The notes under the pieces are model-generated. The model saw only the letters and a program-made list of their open reading frames with translations. It was not told the DNA's origin and made no database searches. 64,000 nt of DNA from a virus, in IMG/VR virus record IMGVR_UViG_3300021962_000046, positions 1 to 64,000 of that record. One strand, written 5' to 3'. The translations under genes were made by a program, and so were the position numbers. Each line of letters starts with the position of its first letter. Within the stretch, counting starts at the first letter, position 1. Positions 43,841-53,061 of this stretch are shown in pieces.

Positions 43841-44815
43841 TTAACCGTCTGCTATTCCTTCCAAAGCTTTTTGGAAGTCATCGTCGATAACATCATCTTC
43901 TTCGGTCAAAACCTTTTTGGGCTGTACTTTCACAACCTCTTCTTTGACAGCTGCTGCCTTTTGAGTTGGTGCGGAAGTTTTCTTTTCTTCCCAATCAGAA
44001 GTTGATTCTGACTGACCACCACTAAAGAAAACCTTAACGGCTTTCTTCACTTCAGTAACTGGCAGCAATGCTCTCAACGAATCAAGATCATGCATATTTT
44101 CAAGCCAAATCTTGATTTGCTCATCTGTTCCCAAAGGACTTGGATCTTCAAAAGATGATTGGTCATACTTGGGGTATTCCATGCCGGAAGTACCCTTCGT
44201 AATCTTCTTGACCAATCTGAAATCTCTTCCAGTTACTGGATGAGTGACATTGCCCAGCTTTTTACGACCAGTAAGCTCACTACCATTAATCGATTCAAGA
44301 ATAATGGCCTGAAGAGTCTTACCGCAGCTGAGAATCTTAGGGCCGACATTCTTTTCGACAGTACCAGTCTTGGTATTGACCTGTTGTCGGACAATCACAT
44401 TCCAGTAATACCTTTCTACAGGCTTAATGCTTCTAGCCTGAGACTCCATGCGAATTTTCTCTTCGCCATGAAGGTTATTACTGATCTTCCAAAGTCTGCT
44501 GTACTCTTGGCAAACAGGACAATCCAAATCATGATTATTGCTTGGATTAATCCATTGCAAACCTCTTGAAGGAATGTTTACTCTGCTGCGAAGGCAATGA
44601 TAGGTTTTGGAATTAGGATAAGTTCCTAATGTGTGGATTCTTGTTGAGCAGAAAAGAGACTTGCCTTTTTGAGGGGGCAAAAACCTTAATAAAACATACC
44701 CGTCTTTTTCGGGCATTTTGACATAGTTGTCCATCACATTATTTTCTTTTGCGATGGCAGAGGCTTCTAAGCCAATCTGTCCCATGTCAATATCTTCAAA
44801 CTCGTAACTTGCCAT
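43841..44815 (-). CDS. T4 gp32-like single-stranded DNA-binding protein
   Basis: LRFLPP, HC...DCPVC zinc motif, RYYWNVIV, GRDFRLVK, YD.SSF, acidic C-terminal tail; adjacent to uvsX. Confidence 0.85.
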   Translation of the reverse strand: MASYEFEDIDMGQIGLEASAIAKENNVMDNYVKMPEKDGYVLLRFLPPQKGKSLFCSTRIHTLGTYPNSKTYHCLRSRVNIPSRGLQWINPSNNHDLDCPVCQEYSRLWKISNNLHGEEKIRMESQARSIKPVERYYWNVIVRQQVNTKTGTVEKNVGPKILSCGKTLQAIILESINGSELTGRKKLGNVTHPVTGRDFRLVKKITKGTSGMEYPKYDQSSFEDPSPLGTDEQIKIWLENMHDLDSLRALLPVTEVKKAVKVFFSGGQSESTSDWEEKKTSAPTQKAAAVKEEVVKVQPKKVLTEEDDVIDDDFQKALEGIADG

Positions 44816-44951
44816 GATGTAACCTCGTTAAAAAAGTAAAAAAGTAAAAAATTGTAAACATTGTAAATGTGTTTTCACACAAAACAAAATTTTATTAGTC
44901 ATCACACACTTGTGCGACAACATAATTAATATACACACTCAAGAAAATTTT

Positions 44952-45356
44952 TCAAGCAGAATTTTCAGAATTATTTTCTTCTTCTTTTGCTAACTCTTCT
45001 GCTTTAACTACTTCTTCCATCTGTTTTGTCAGTTCACTAATATGTGTTACTGTTCCCGTCTTTCCTTCTTCAATTTGCTTGTGCGCTTCCTTTCTAACTT
45101 CATCCTCTTTTACATATTCCTCTTCTAGTGCTTCCAATATTTTCATATTGTTTTCTAATCTTTCTTTTATTTCCTCCTTGCTAAGTCCAAGATTTTGTTT
45201 TTGTGCAAACTCCTTTTCAAAAGCTTGCTCTCTTGTTTTTTCATCTTTTCTTTCTTGTCTCAATGCAGTCCTGCGCTCCAAAACCTTTTTGCGAACCAAC
45301 TTTTCTCTGGCTTTTCTTTTTTGAAATTTACTTTTGCTTTCACGCCTACCTGACAT
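44952..45356 (-). CDS. Hypothetical charged coiled-coil protein
   Basis: K/R/E-rich; start MSGRRES with SD GAGAGG. Confidence 0.65.
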   Translation of the reverse strand: MSGRRESKSKFQKRKAREKLVRKKVLERRTALRQERKDEKTREQAFEKEFAQKQNLGLSKEEIKERLENNMKILEALEEEYVKEDEVRKEAHKQIEEGKTGTVTHISELTKQMEEVVKAEELAKEEENNSENSA

Positions 45357-45370
45357 GATCAACCTCTCAT

Positions 45371-46189
45371 TCATCTTAGTTTTGGTACAGAATCTTTTAT
45401 AACACCCGACCAATTCAACCTGTCATCAACAAGACCGTTTCCACTTCTTGAATCCATTAGATCGCCACCAACCAAATTCTGATCAGCTGGGATAAAAAGC
45501 TCGTCAACAACTTTAACACGATTGTTTGTGTCATCAATCGTATCAATCATCATCCCAATGCCATTTGAAGAAAAGGTCTCATGAAAAACAGGATATTTTT
45601 TATTATATGTAAATTTATATGGAAATTTAACTCTGTCTTCTACTTTGCTTGGAGAAAACAAAACATACCTGAGTATTCTCTCTTGTTTTGCTTGTGGTCT
45701 ATTTCTTGGATCAACTAAATTAATATTCTGATTATGCTTCACAGGAACAAGATTTACAGCTGTAGGAGATGGCATAGGTGTATATTGACAAGTTGGTTCG
45801 CCAACAGGAATCATTGGCACACCATTGGATTCATCAATTTCCTCATCTGATTGAGGTAAATTTAAAATCCCAGTATTTGTAAATTTTTTATTCTTTATTA
45901 TAAAATCACTTTTATTTTGTTTAAAAGTAATTTTTTTCTTCTGGAACTCATAAATTTCAACATCAAATACAAATATATCTCTTCTTGCCATCTGTTGCAT
46001 GACGGCCTGTGCTAGATTTTCCAATGAAAAATCTTCATTTTGTTTACCGAAAGTTTTCTTAAGAATCTTCGGATTATCACGATCATAATCAAAAGAATCT
46101 TTCAATTTGTCGTAATAATGATATTGAACTTCAAATCCGATGGGACACCTCTTAAAACAATCAATAAAATAATTATAGTAAATTTTCAA
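45371..46189 (-). CDS. Hypothetical protein
   Basis: 272-aa ORF in the operon, TTG start overlapping the upstream TGA; true start uncertain. Confidence 0.65.
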   Translation of the reverse strand: MKIYYNYFIDCFKRCPIGFEVQYHYYDKLKDSFDYDRDNPKILKKTFGKQNEDFSLENLAQAVMQQMARRDIFVFDVEIYEFQKKKITFKQNKSDFIIKNKKFTNTGILNLPQSDEEIDESNGVPMIPVGEPTCQYTPMPSPTAVNLVPVKHNQNINLVDPRNRPQAKQERILRYVLFSPSKVEDRVKFPYKFTYNKKYPVFHETFSSNGIGMMIDTIDDTNNRVKVVDELFIPADQNLVGGDLMDSRSGNGLVDDRLNWSGVIKDSVPKLR

Positions 46190-46764
46190 TCAAAATCAGA
46201 TTTATCAAGCTCAATTATTTCCACATTTGCCTTTTCAAACAAAAATCTACTACCTACCGAATAATCTTTTTCTTCTTTAAAACAATAAACTTTTTTGATA
46301 CCTGCATTAATCACAAGTTTTGTGCATTCAATACAAGGCACAGGACACCATGCAAACATAACACATCCATATAAATCAGTAGAAGCATTTATAATTGCAT
46401 TCGCTTCAGCATGAGCGCAACTACATAATTCCAATCTCTTTCCAGACCCTGCCTTAATCAATTTTCTGGGACAAACCTTACAATCTGTATATTTGTCCAA
46501 AAACTCACTTTGAGTCATAGGCTTCAATTCAATTAAAGAAACCTCGTTTTCAGTAAGTTGTGGCCACACTATCTTCTGAAGATGCTCCCTGCTATCACAA
46601 TGAGGAACATCTCTTGGTGGGCCATTGTAGCCCGTGCCAACTATCTTGTTGATTTTTTCATCAACAATCAATACACCTATTTTTCTTGAATAACATGGAT
46701 TGGATTCTTCTCCGAGAAGTTTTGCCAAACGCATGTATTTTTTAATAAATTTATCTTTAATCAT
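46186..46764 (-). CDS. dCMP deaminase
   Basis: TGYNG, HAEANAI, PCIEC zinc motifs. Confidence 0.92.
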   Translation of the reverse strand: MIKDKFIKKYMRLAKLLGEESNPCYSRKIGVLIVDEKINKIVGTGYNGPPRDVPHCDSREHLQKIVWPQLTENEVSLIELKPMTQSEFLDKYTDCKVCPRKLIKAGSGKRLELCSCAHAEANAIINASTDLYGCVMFAWCPVPCIECTKLVINAGIKKVYCFKEEKDYSVGSRFLFEKANVEIIELDKSDFD

Positions 46765-46765
46765 A

Positions 46766-47203
46766 TTAAAACTCACTAGGGAAATTTATATCAGAATTAA
46801 GCTTGCTCATTTCCTTGCGGATCATATGACCACGATTATGAGCATCCTCTCTAGCTGAATTAAGAGCATTTAAATGAGCATAAATCAAATCCTTGATGTA
46901 CTTTGCATCAAGATACTTTTGTTTCAAATCACATACCTCTGGATCTCCTTCGGCATACAAATCAGCTGTTTTGTCACTCTTACCATCCTCTTTATAAATT
47001 TTATATTTTTCAATATATTTTTGCTTGTGTTTCTGCTCCAATGAAGCAACCCATCTGATACACCTTGCATGACCTGCACCAACATAATCGATGATACCAG
47101 AAACCTTTTCAAAAAAAGGATTCAAGGTTGCATCCGAAAACTTGAGGTCATCGGTGTTCAATTCCCAATTCTCGTCATCAATAACAATCTTTTTAACTGG
47201 CAT
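46766..47203 (-). CDS. UvsY-like recombination mediator (tentative)
   Basis: About 145-aa helical protein with KTADLYAEGD pattern, in a uvsX/gp32/helicase context. SD GAGGAG before MPVKK. Confidence 0.5.
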   Translation of the reverse strand: MPVKKIVIDDENWELNTDDLKFSDATLNPFFEKVSGIIDYVGAGHARCIRWVASLEQKHKQKYIEKYKIYKEDGKSDKTADLYAEGDPEVCDLKQKYLDAKYIKDLIYAHLNALNSAREDAHNRGHMIRKEMSKLNSDINFPSEF

Positions 47204-48704
47204 AATCTGACTCCTCATCAAACTCTGTGAAATCCGAATCCTTTTTAACTTTCCCGTCAACTGATACTTTGTCTGCCTTTGAGGCAGCTAAGTTATGCAT
47301 AGCCTTCCTGTATTCCTCTGCTGAACACTCTGTAATGTCAAGCGTTTGTTTGTTGTACTTGACGAAGAAACTAAATTTGCTACTGCCCGTTCTGTTTTTT
47401 GCCACATAAAATATACCATAACCCGCTTCAGTTTCATTGTCTTTCTGATTTATCGACCACATACCATCCAAAGTTTTGAATTGATCATAACTAGTACCGA
47501 TGACACCTTCATCTATCAGCTGATTTTCAGCAAGTTTTTTGGCTTCCTTGTTTGGCTGCATAGCTGTGAAGACACACATATTCTTCTCCCTAGCCATGCC
47601 ACGCAAATCACGCATGATTAAATATTTACTTTCATGAAGCGGTATTCCCGGCTTGTCTTTCATTTCACCCGGATAATCAACTATTAACAAGTCGGGAACG
47701 AAACCCGACAATTCTAACTGGGTCAAATAAGCTTTTATATCATCAATATCTGCCTGACCTGAAGGAAATTGCTTGATGATAAAACGACTTTTATCATCGT
47801 ATTCCTTGAGTATAGCATCTGTAGTTGATTGAATTATAGTCTTGTTATCCATGAGCGCATTGTGTTCAACCAGAGCAAACTGGCTGATAAAACGCTTGGC
47901 AACAGAAACCCAATCCATTTCAAGCGATATATAAACAGCCTTTTTGCCCATTTTTACATTTTCAACAGCACCTTTTGTAAGACATAAACTCTTGCCTTTA
48001 CCCGGCAATCCTATCCAAGCATAAATCTCACCACGCTTAGGCCCACCAGCAGCAATACTATTGTCAATTTTTGGAAAACCACTTGTGAATCTTTCCTCTG
48101 GGGAGACATCTTTTTGAAGCTCTTCAAACATTTGACTAATGTTGGGAAATAAATCAAAACCTAATTCAAAGTTTTTGTTTACATTCATTGCACCTTTGAA
48201 TTTTTCATAAACACGAGTCCACATTTCCTCATTTTCAGGATCTTTCTTCATCTCCTTTTGAAAATAATCAGCTGCAATACGCAAAGATTGCATTCTTGCG
48301 AAAACTAAAACCTTGTCCAAAAGAATCTTCCTTGATTCTGAATTCGGAACAAATGATTCATAAATGTTTTCAAGCTCAACTTTATAAAATGTTATTATTG
48401 ATTCTTGCCTGTCCTTAATCTTGTCCAGCATCAGTTTTTCAACAATAAACTTTTCTGGAATGCCGTTGTATTCTGCAAAATAATCATAAAGTATTTTTGC
48501 GATTACAACATGGCTTTCCATAGTGAAGTAATCTGGTTCAATCAAAGCTTTTGCTTGAACCAGAAAATGCTTGTCTGTCATCAATAAAGCAAGAATACGC
48601 CGTTGGAAATTTTCATCCCAACGGTATTTGAGTTTTTGTGTTTCGGCTGATGCTGGGGATAAGCTGTCGATGATCTTCTTTTGTTCTTCAGAAAGACCAG
48701 ACAT
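47193..48704 (-). CDS. Replicative DnaB/gp41-like helicase
   Basis: SGFPKID, GLPGKGKS, YISLEM, LIVDY, TAMQPN, KNRTG. Confidence 0.9.
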   Translation of the reverse strand: MSGLSEEQKKIIDSLSPASAETQKLKYRWDENFQRRILALLMTDKHFLVQAKALIEPDYFTMESHVVIAKILYDYFAEYNGIPEKFIVEKLMLDKIKDRQESIITFYKVELENIYESFVPNSESRKILLDKVLVFARMQSLRIAADYFQKEMKKDPENEEMWTRVYEKFKGAMNVNKNFELGFDLFPNISQMFEELQKDVSPEERFTSGFPKIDNSIAAGGPKRGEIYAWIGLPGKGKSLCLTKGAVENVKMGKKAVYISLEMDWVSVAKRFISQFALVEHNALMDNKTIIQSTTDAILKEYDDKSRFIIKQFPSGQADIDDIKAYLTQLELSGFVPDLLIVDYPGEMKDKPGIPLHESKYLIMRDLRGMAREKNMCVFTAMQPNKEAKKLAENQLIDEGVIGTSYDQFKTLDGMWSINQKDNETEAGYGIFYVAKNRTGSSKFSFFVKYNKQTLDITECSAEEYRKAMHNLAASKADKVSVDGKVKKDSDFTEFDEESDYAS

Positions 48705-48707
48705 TTT

Positions 48708-49268
48708 TTATCCCCCATAAACCAAGTAATCGTGATCGGACAAACTAACTTGTCCACTTCTGACAGGTTTTTCTCTTGTTATCTTTTTACCAAGATTCCT
48801 CTGAGCATTCCAGATGATTTGTTTACAATATGTAAAAAATTTAGTGTCAAATATCAAACTCTTCGTTTTTTGGGGCAATTCATCTGGATTTAAATATATT
48901 AAACAAATCTTGCCCAACAAGTCTTCTTGATAATCACCAAACTTCTGCCTGTTTGCTCCATGTCGGGTTCTGTTGTGCCATAAATTTTGCAGTTCATCTA
49001 TTATCATTCTCACAACATGATTGATTTTTTTGTTTCTTAACTTCTCAAAACAAGAGTCTATGTAAACCTGCCTCTTGTAATAAGAGCCTGCACGAATAAC
49101 AGATACCATCAATTCCTGATTGAAATCATCCAGATCGAATTGATGATTGTTTGCCGAGTTCTTTCGGTTCAACTGCCAAGATGCGTAATAACACAATTGA
49201 CCAAACTTCTTATCCAACAAATTGTACTCATCTGCGTTTATTGGAAAATTCTTGTATATAGAACTCAA
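48708..49268 (-). CDS. Sigma-factor region-2-like protein (possible gp55-like late sigma)
   Basis: DLDDFNQELMVSVIRA and KFFTYCKQIIWNA resemble sigma regions 2.2-2.4; no region 4; 186 aa. Confidence 0.55.
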   Translation of the reverse strand: MSSIYKNFPINADEYNLLDKKFGQLCYYASWQLNRKNSANNHQFDLDDFNQELMVSVIRAGSYYKRQVYIDSCFEKLRNKKINHVVRMIIDELQNLWHNRTRHGANRQKFGDYQEDLLGKICLIYLNPDELPQKTKSLIFDTKFFTYCKQIIWNAQRNLGKKITREKPVRSGQVSLSDHDYLVYGG

Positions 49269-50581
49269 TTTTTCGCCTTTCTCTTTAGTTTCTGCATTTT
49301 GTCCAAACTTTTACCAGCCATAACCGATACGGAAAGTTTTAACTCAGGTATCAATTCTGTTTGTTTTTCCAAAATACTTCTGGCAGCCATATATGCGTCT
49401 TGCATATCTTTTTGCCTGACTGCCAGACAATAACCATCATGAACGCTGTAAACAATCTGATACAAATTGCTACTCTGCTTGTATAATTTTACCAAAGATT
49501 CCAAACAAATCAAAGCAGCAGGTGATTGAATTGCAAAATTCCTTGCCTTATAAGATTCTTTTGAATCAAAAAATCTTTTTCTACCAAATTTGTCTTTTAC
49601 AAATTCATTCTTGGATGCCAAATCTTGATGCCCCTCAACATAGTCAAAACTTTTACTAAAAGTTTTTCTTACTATATCAAAATAGATTTGTGCTTGATCG
49701 AATGATATTTCTAGATTTCTGGCAAGACCGGCTGCTGTTTGTCCATATATAATCGGCAAAAATGTTTTTTTTGCTATATCTTTTGCATTTTCGCTGGCTA
49801 CATTAAACACCTTTTGAAAAATAATCTCATAAACAGAATCAGAATTATTATTGATTATATCTTGCAACACCTCATCCTCTGCAAGACAGGCAAGAACACC
49901 TACTTCCATGCTTCGATAATCAAATTGAAAAAAGATATGATCTTGATTTAACAATCTAAAATTCGACTTGTAATCACCCAAAGAATGCGGGTTGTAACAA
50001 CGCTTCATCTCACAACTACATGACAACCTGCCGTTTTCTTGACCCTCAATGTGATAGTTCGGATAAACCAATTGACCTATATTATCATCTATCAAACAAT
50101 AACTCTCTATAGCTGGAATAACTTCGCAAATAATCGGCTGAAAAACCTTCTTGTAAATGCTTATCAACACCTTGTTGGTAACCCATTCCTTAAAATGCCT
50201 TTCTTGCCTTGAAATTTCGCTTATAGACGATTCTTTTGCCAAATATGACTCGTACCACAATAAATCAAAAACATTCTTTAAAACGATGTTTTTGCCAGTC
50301 AGGCGGGTAAAGAGGGTGAATATCTGTTTCCAGTCATGTCCAATCAGAGGAATGTTCTTCTTGGATACAAAAGCTTCAAATAATTTAAGGAATAAAAACA
50401 CATTTTCGGAATGAAGATTCATTTGAACCATTTTGCCAGAAATGGTTTCTATCTTGAATTTGACGAATATCTTGGATTTGCTGGTAGAATCTATTTTCTC
50501 TGGATTCCAAGAACAAAAAATGTAACTCTCTGATTTCAATAATTCATCCAAGGATCTGCTCAAATCTTCAAGGTTGGCCAT
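49265..50581 (-). CDS. Minimal family A DNA polymerase lacking thumb, with degenerate exonuclease domain
   Basis: NGRLS, motif A DYRSME, motif B KDIAKKTFLPIIYG, FGRKR, NFAIQS, motif C VHDG. Confidence 0.88.
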   Translation of the reverse strand: MANLEDLSRSLDELLKSESYIFCSWNPEKIDSTSKSKIFVKFKIETISGKMVQMNLHSENVFLFLKLFEAFVSKKNIPLIGHDWKQIFTLFTRLTGKNIVLKNVFDLLWYESYLAKESSISEISRQERHFKEWVTNKVLISIYKKVFQPIICEVIPAIESYCLIDDNIGQLVYPNYHIEGQENGRLSCSCEMKRCYNPHSLGDYKSNFRLLNQDHIFFQFDYRSMEVGVLACLAEDEVLQDIINNNSDSVYEIIFQKVFNVASENAKDIAKKTFLPIIYGQTAAGLARNLEISFDQAQIYFDIVRKTFSKSFDYVEGHQDLASKNEFVKDKFGRKRFFDSKESYKARNFAIQSPAALICLESLVKLYKQSSNLYQIVYSVHDGYCLAVRQKDMQDAYMAARSILEKQTELIPELKLSVSVMAGKSLDKMQKLKRKAKN

Positions 50582-50687
50582 CAGAAGTTCACCTCAGTTC
50601 TGTTTCCACTTAACCTAACATAGAAGCCCCAAAAAACACAAATAAGTACTGGAAATAATAATCTACAAAATTTATCTTTTATATGTC

Positions 50688-51180
50688 CATACCGGGGGGC
50701 GGGTCTAAGGTGGTGAAGAAAAAAAATATAATAATGACTTTTTATCATTATTATGGGTTTTTTTTCGATACCACTCTAGATTTGAGATCAGTATTGCTAG
50801 TGATGTGCATCATTTGATGATATCCTTAGCTTTACTGAATTGTGTGTTTGGGTAACACACAGTTAACTTGTCGGTTTGAGAATCCTAACCGTACATCATG
50901 TCTCAACTTGAAAAGTTTAATTTTCAATTTGAGAACAGCCCGCCTTAATTTGGCTGATGTAGGCTCACCTAGTCTCATGCCGGTTCATTAGGTTCCCGTA
51001 TTACCTAATGGGTCTAGCAGGGTGTACCGCCCCAGCAAGGTTTATATTGCTCAAATCTCACGAATTGAACTCAGTAACTTTTCAGGCCGACAATTCGCCT
51101 TACTAGGTTACAAACAAAATAATAACAATTATAAAAATAAAAATCAAACTAATTGGCGAAAAGTCATAACTACCTGTATG
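50688..51180 (+). ncRNA. Putative large structured non-coding RNA (family not recognised)
   Basis: At least 10 stems found by eye, several long-range; wobble pairs read as G-U on the + strand; no credible ORF. Ends are approximate. Confidence 0.65.
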
Positions 51181-51220
51181 ATTTCTTTTGAGAAACATAA
51201 ACTCAAAGGAAGTAAACTAA

Positions 51221-51931
51221 ATGGAAATATTCATGAAATATGAACCAGAAATAGCGATCAATTTGAATATGACCGAAGAAGAAAGCATGGCTTACTACCT
51301 GCTCTGTTTCTACATCAATAAAACCAGAGAACTTATTCCAAATTATCGCCATCCAAGAATCACAACAAAAATAGAAAAACTTAAAACTAGCCTCGCATTT
51401 AAACACATGATGAAATTTGTTCGTGAAAAAAGAAAAAAATTCAAAGATCCAAAGTATTTGGAAATTTACATACTTGCACAAATAGTCATTATGAAAAAAC
51501 AACACGAAATGGGAAACAACGCATTAGTTGATTTTCAAATGCTACATGGTGAAGGGGCAAACAGAAGGTGGGAAATCTGGAAGAAGATGTACAGAGATAA
51601 AAATATGGTTAGTGATATTAACTATACATTCACAAAAACAAATATAGAGAATGAATTTAACAAAACCATAAATACACTCAATAAAATACTAGGTGATGAT
51701 AAAAGTTTAGAAAATTATGTTACTCATGCAAACGAAATACTAACAAACATAATTATAAAAAGAATAAGTCATATGTATGTCTACTTTTCAAAGTGGATTA
51801 AGAAACTTCCAGAAGAAATACGAGGCGAGATAAAAGACATAATCAACACAGATGCCTTGAAAACTTTTGACTTATCAGCTGTAAAAAAATGCTATGAGAA
51901 AAATTTTGAATATGAAATTAATATGTCATGA
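51221..51931 (+). CDS. Basic helical protein, possibly a distant gp59-like helicase loader
   Basis: 236 aa, SD AAGGA; the function rests on a loose pattern resemblance only. Confidence 0.55.
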   Translation: MEIFMKYEPEIAINLNMTEEESMAYYLLCFYINKTRELIPNYRHPRITTKIEKLKTSLAFKHMMKFVREKRKKFKDPKYLEIYILAQIVIMKKQHEMGNNALVDFQMLHGEGANRRWEIWKKMYRDKNMVSDINYTFTKTNIENEFNKTINTLNKILGDDKSLENYVTHANEILTNIIIKRISHMYVYFSKWIKKLPEEIRGEIKDIINTDALKTFDLSAVKKCYEKNFEYEINMS

Positions 51932-52733
51932 ATATTTTCATCAAACAGTCAATTATCTCTTCAGGCTTTTGTCTAGGACTAAAAAGCTCATCCCATTCAC
52001 TTGGGGTAGACATATAAAGCCTTGTTCTAGAAGGACTTGTGACTTCACACCCCCACGAATGTATTAATCCTTTATTCGGTTTGTATTGCATGTATATGTT
52101 AAACGATTCTGCTTTTTGGTTATTTGGTACTCCATTTCCAAAACCTCTATAGTTCATGTATATTAAATAAACATTTTCTTGAAGCTTAATTATTCCACCA
52201 TATGTCATGATTGATGGGTGTTCCAACCTAATTCTCTGTGCTAATCTTAATGTCAAATCTTCAAGACCTTTGTAATTATTGTCTACTGGATCTATCGGTT
52301 CTTTTTCTATTTCAACAAGTTTTTTATACAAGTCATCAGCAAGTATTTCTTCAGATGGATCGTTGTCACCCTTGTGATCATAGTCATTAAGCAAAGGAAT
52401 AACAGATTTACATACTGGAATTAAGTTGCCACCTTCATTTTTGATGAATTTTCTAATTATTATCTTATAAGATCCTAAAGGACTTACACTTACATGCAAA
52501 CCACCAGCTTCATTGCCATATTCGACAATATTAGGCCAATTTTTTACTGGAACTTTGTTGCCTATCATGCCCAAATGGAATAAATCGTCTAGAACTAAAG
52601 TACTTCTAAGGTTTTCTATTGGTTGTTCTTCATAGAATGGAGTCTTTTTCTCAATTTTATGTTGAGGAGCAAAACCAAAAATATCTTCTGGTCTTTTTGC
52701 AAGCCATTCTTTAAACAAACTTATTTTTTTCAT
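51918..52733 (-). CDS. Hypothetical protein with FKEWL N-terminal motif
   Basis: Likely start MKKISLFKEWL, preceded by GGGG. Confidence 0.65.
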   Translation of the reverse strand: MKKISLFKEWLAKRPEDIFGFAPQHKIEKKTPFYEEQPIENLRSTLVLDDLFHLGMIGNKVPVKNWPNIVEYGNEAGGLHVSVSPLGSYKIIIRKFIKNEGGNLIPVCKSVIPLLNDYDHKGDNDPSEEILADDLYKKLVEIEKEPIDPVDNNYKGLEDLTLRLAQRIRLEHPSIMTYGGIIKLQENVYLIYMNYRGFGNGVPNNQKAESFNIYMQYKPNKGLIHSWGCEVTSPSRTRLYMSTPSEWDELFSPRQKPEEIIDCLMKIFMTY

Positions 52734-52776
52734 TTTCCCCACTAAATATATGATAATTCTATATATTGGAACATAC

Positions 52777-53061
52777 ATGAATAAATTTTCAATTTGGCTG
52801 GAAGAGCGTGATAATACAATTCAAGATGTTCACACAACTACCTTGAAGAATTTTTTGGGTCTAAGTCCCCTTAAAGATTCTAGTTTCATGCAAATCCAAT
52901 TAAGTGATTTTGAAAAAATGCAGGAAATCCATACAAAAATAACACATTGGAATTTCTTCACGGACAAGCTTTCTGAAGTTTCAAAAAACAAAATATACGA
53001 ACTTTTAAAGAACGAAAACACAAGGATGATAGATCTTATTGAAAATATGGAAGTCAATTAG
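52777..53061 (+). CDS. Hypothetical protein with FSIWLEE N-terminal motif
   Basis: Likely start MNKFSIWLEE. Confidence 0.6.
   Translation: MNKFSIWLEERDNTIQDVHTTTLKNFLGLSPLKDSSFMQIQLSDFEKMQEIHTKITHWNFFTDKLSEVSKNKIYELLKNENTRMIDLIENMEVN

Noticed and set aside
50694-50720. GGGGGCG start suggesting tmRNA or tRNA
   Set aside because: No T-arm/CCA 3' end, no GGNTTCGA motif and no tag ORF recognised.
51022-51243. 73-aa ORF over the structured element
   Set aside because: GTG start without SD, low-complexity product, overlaps the next gene.
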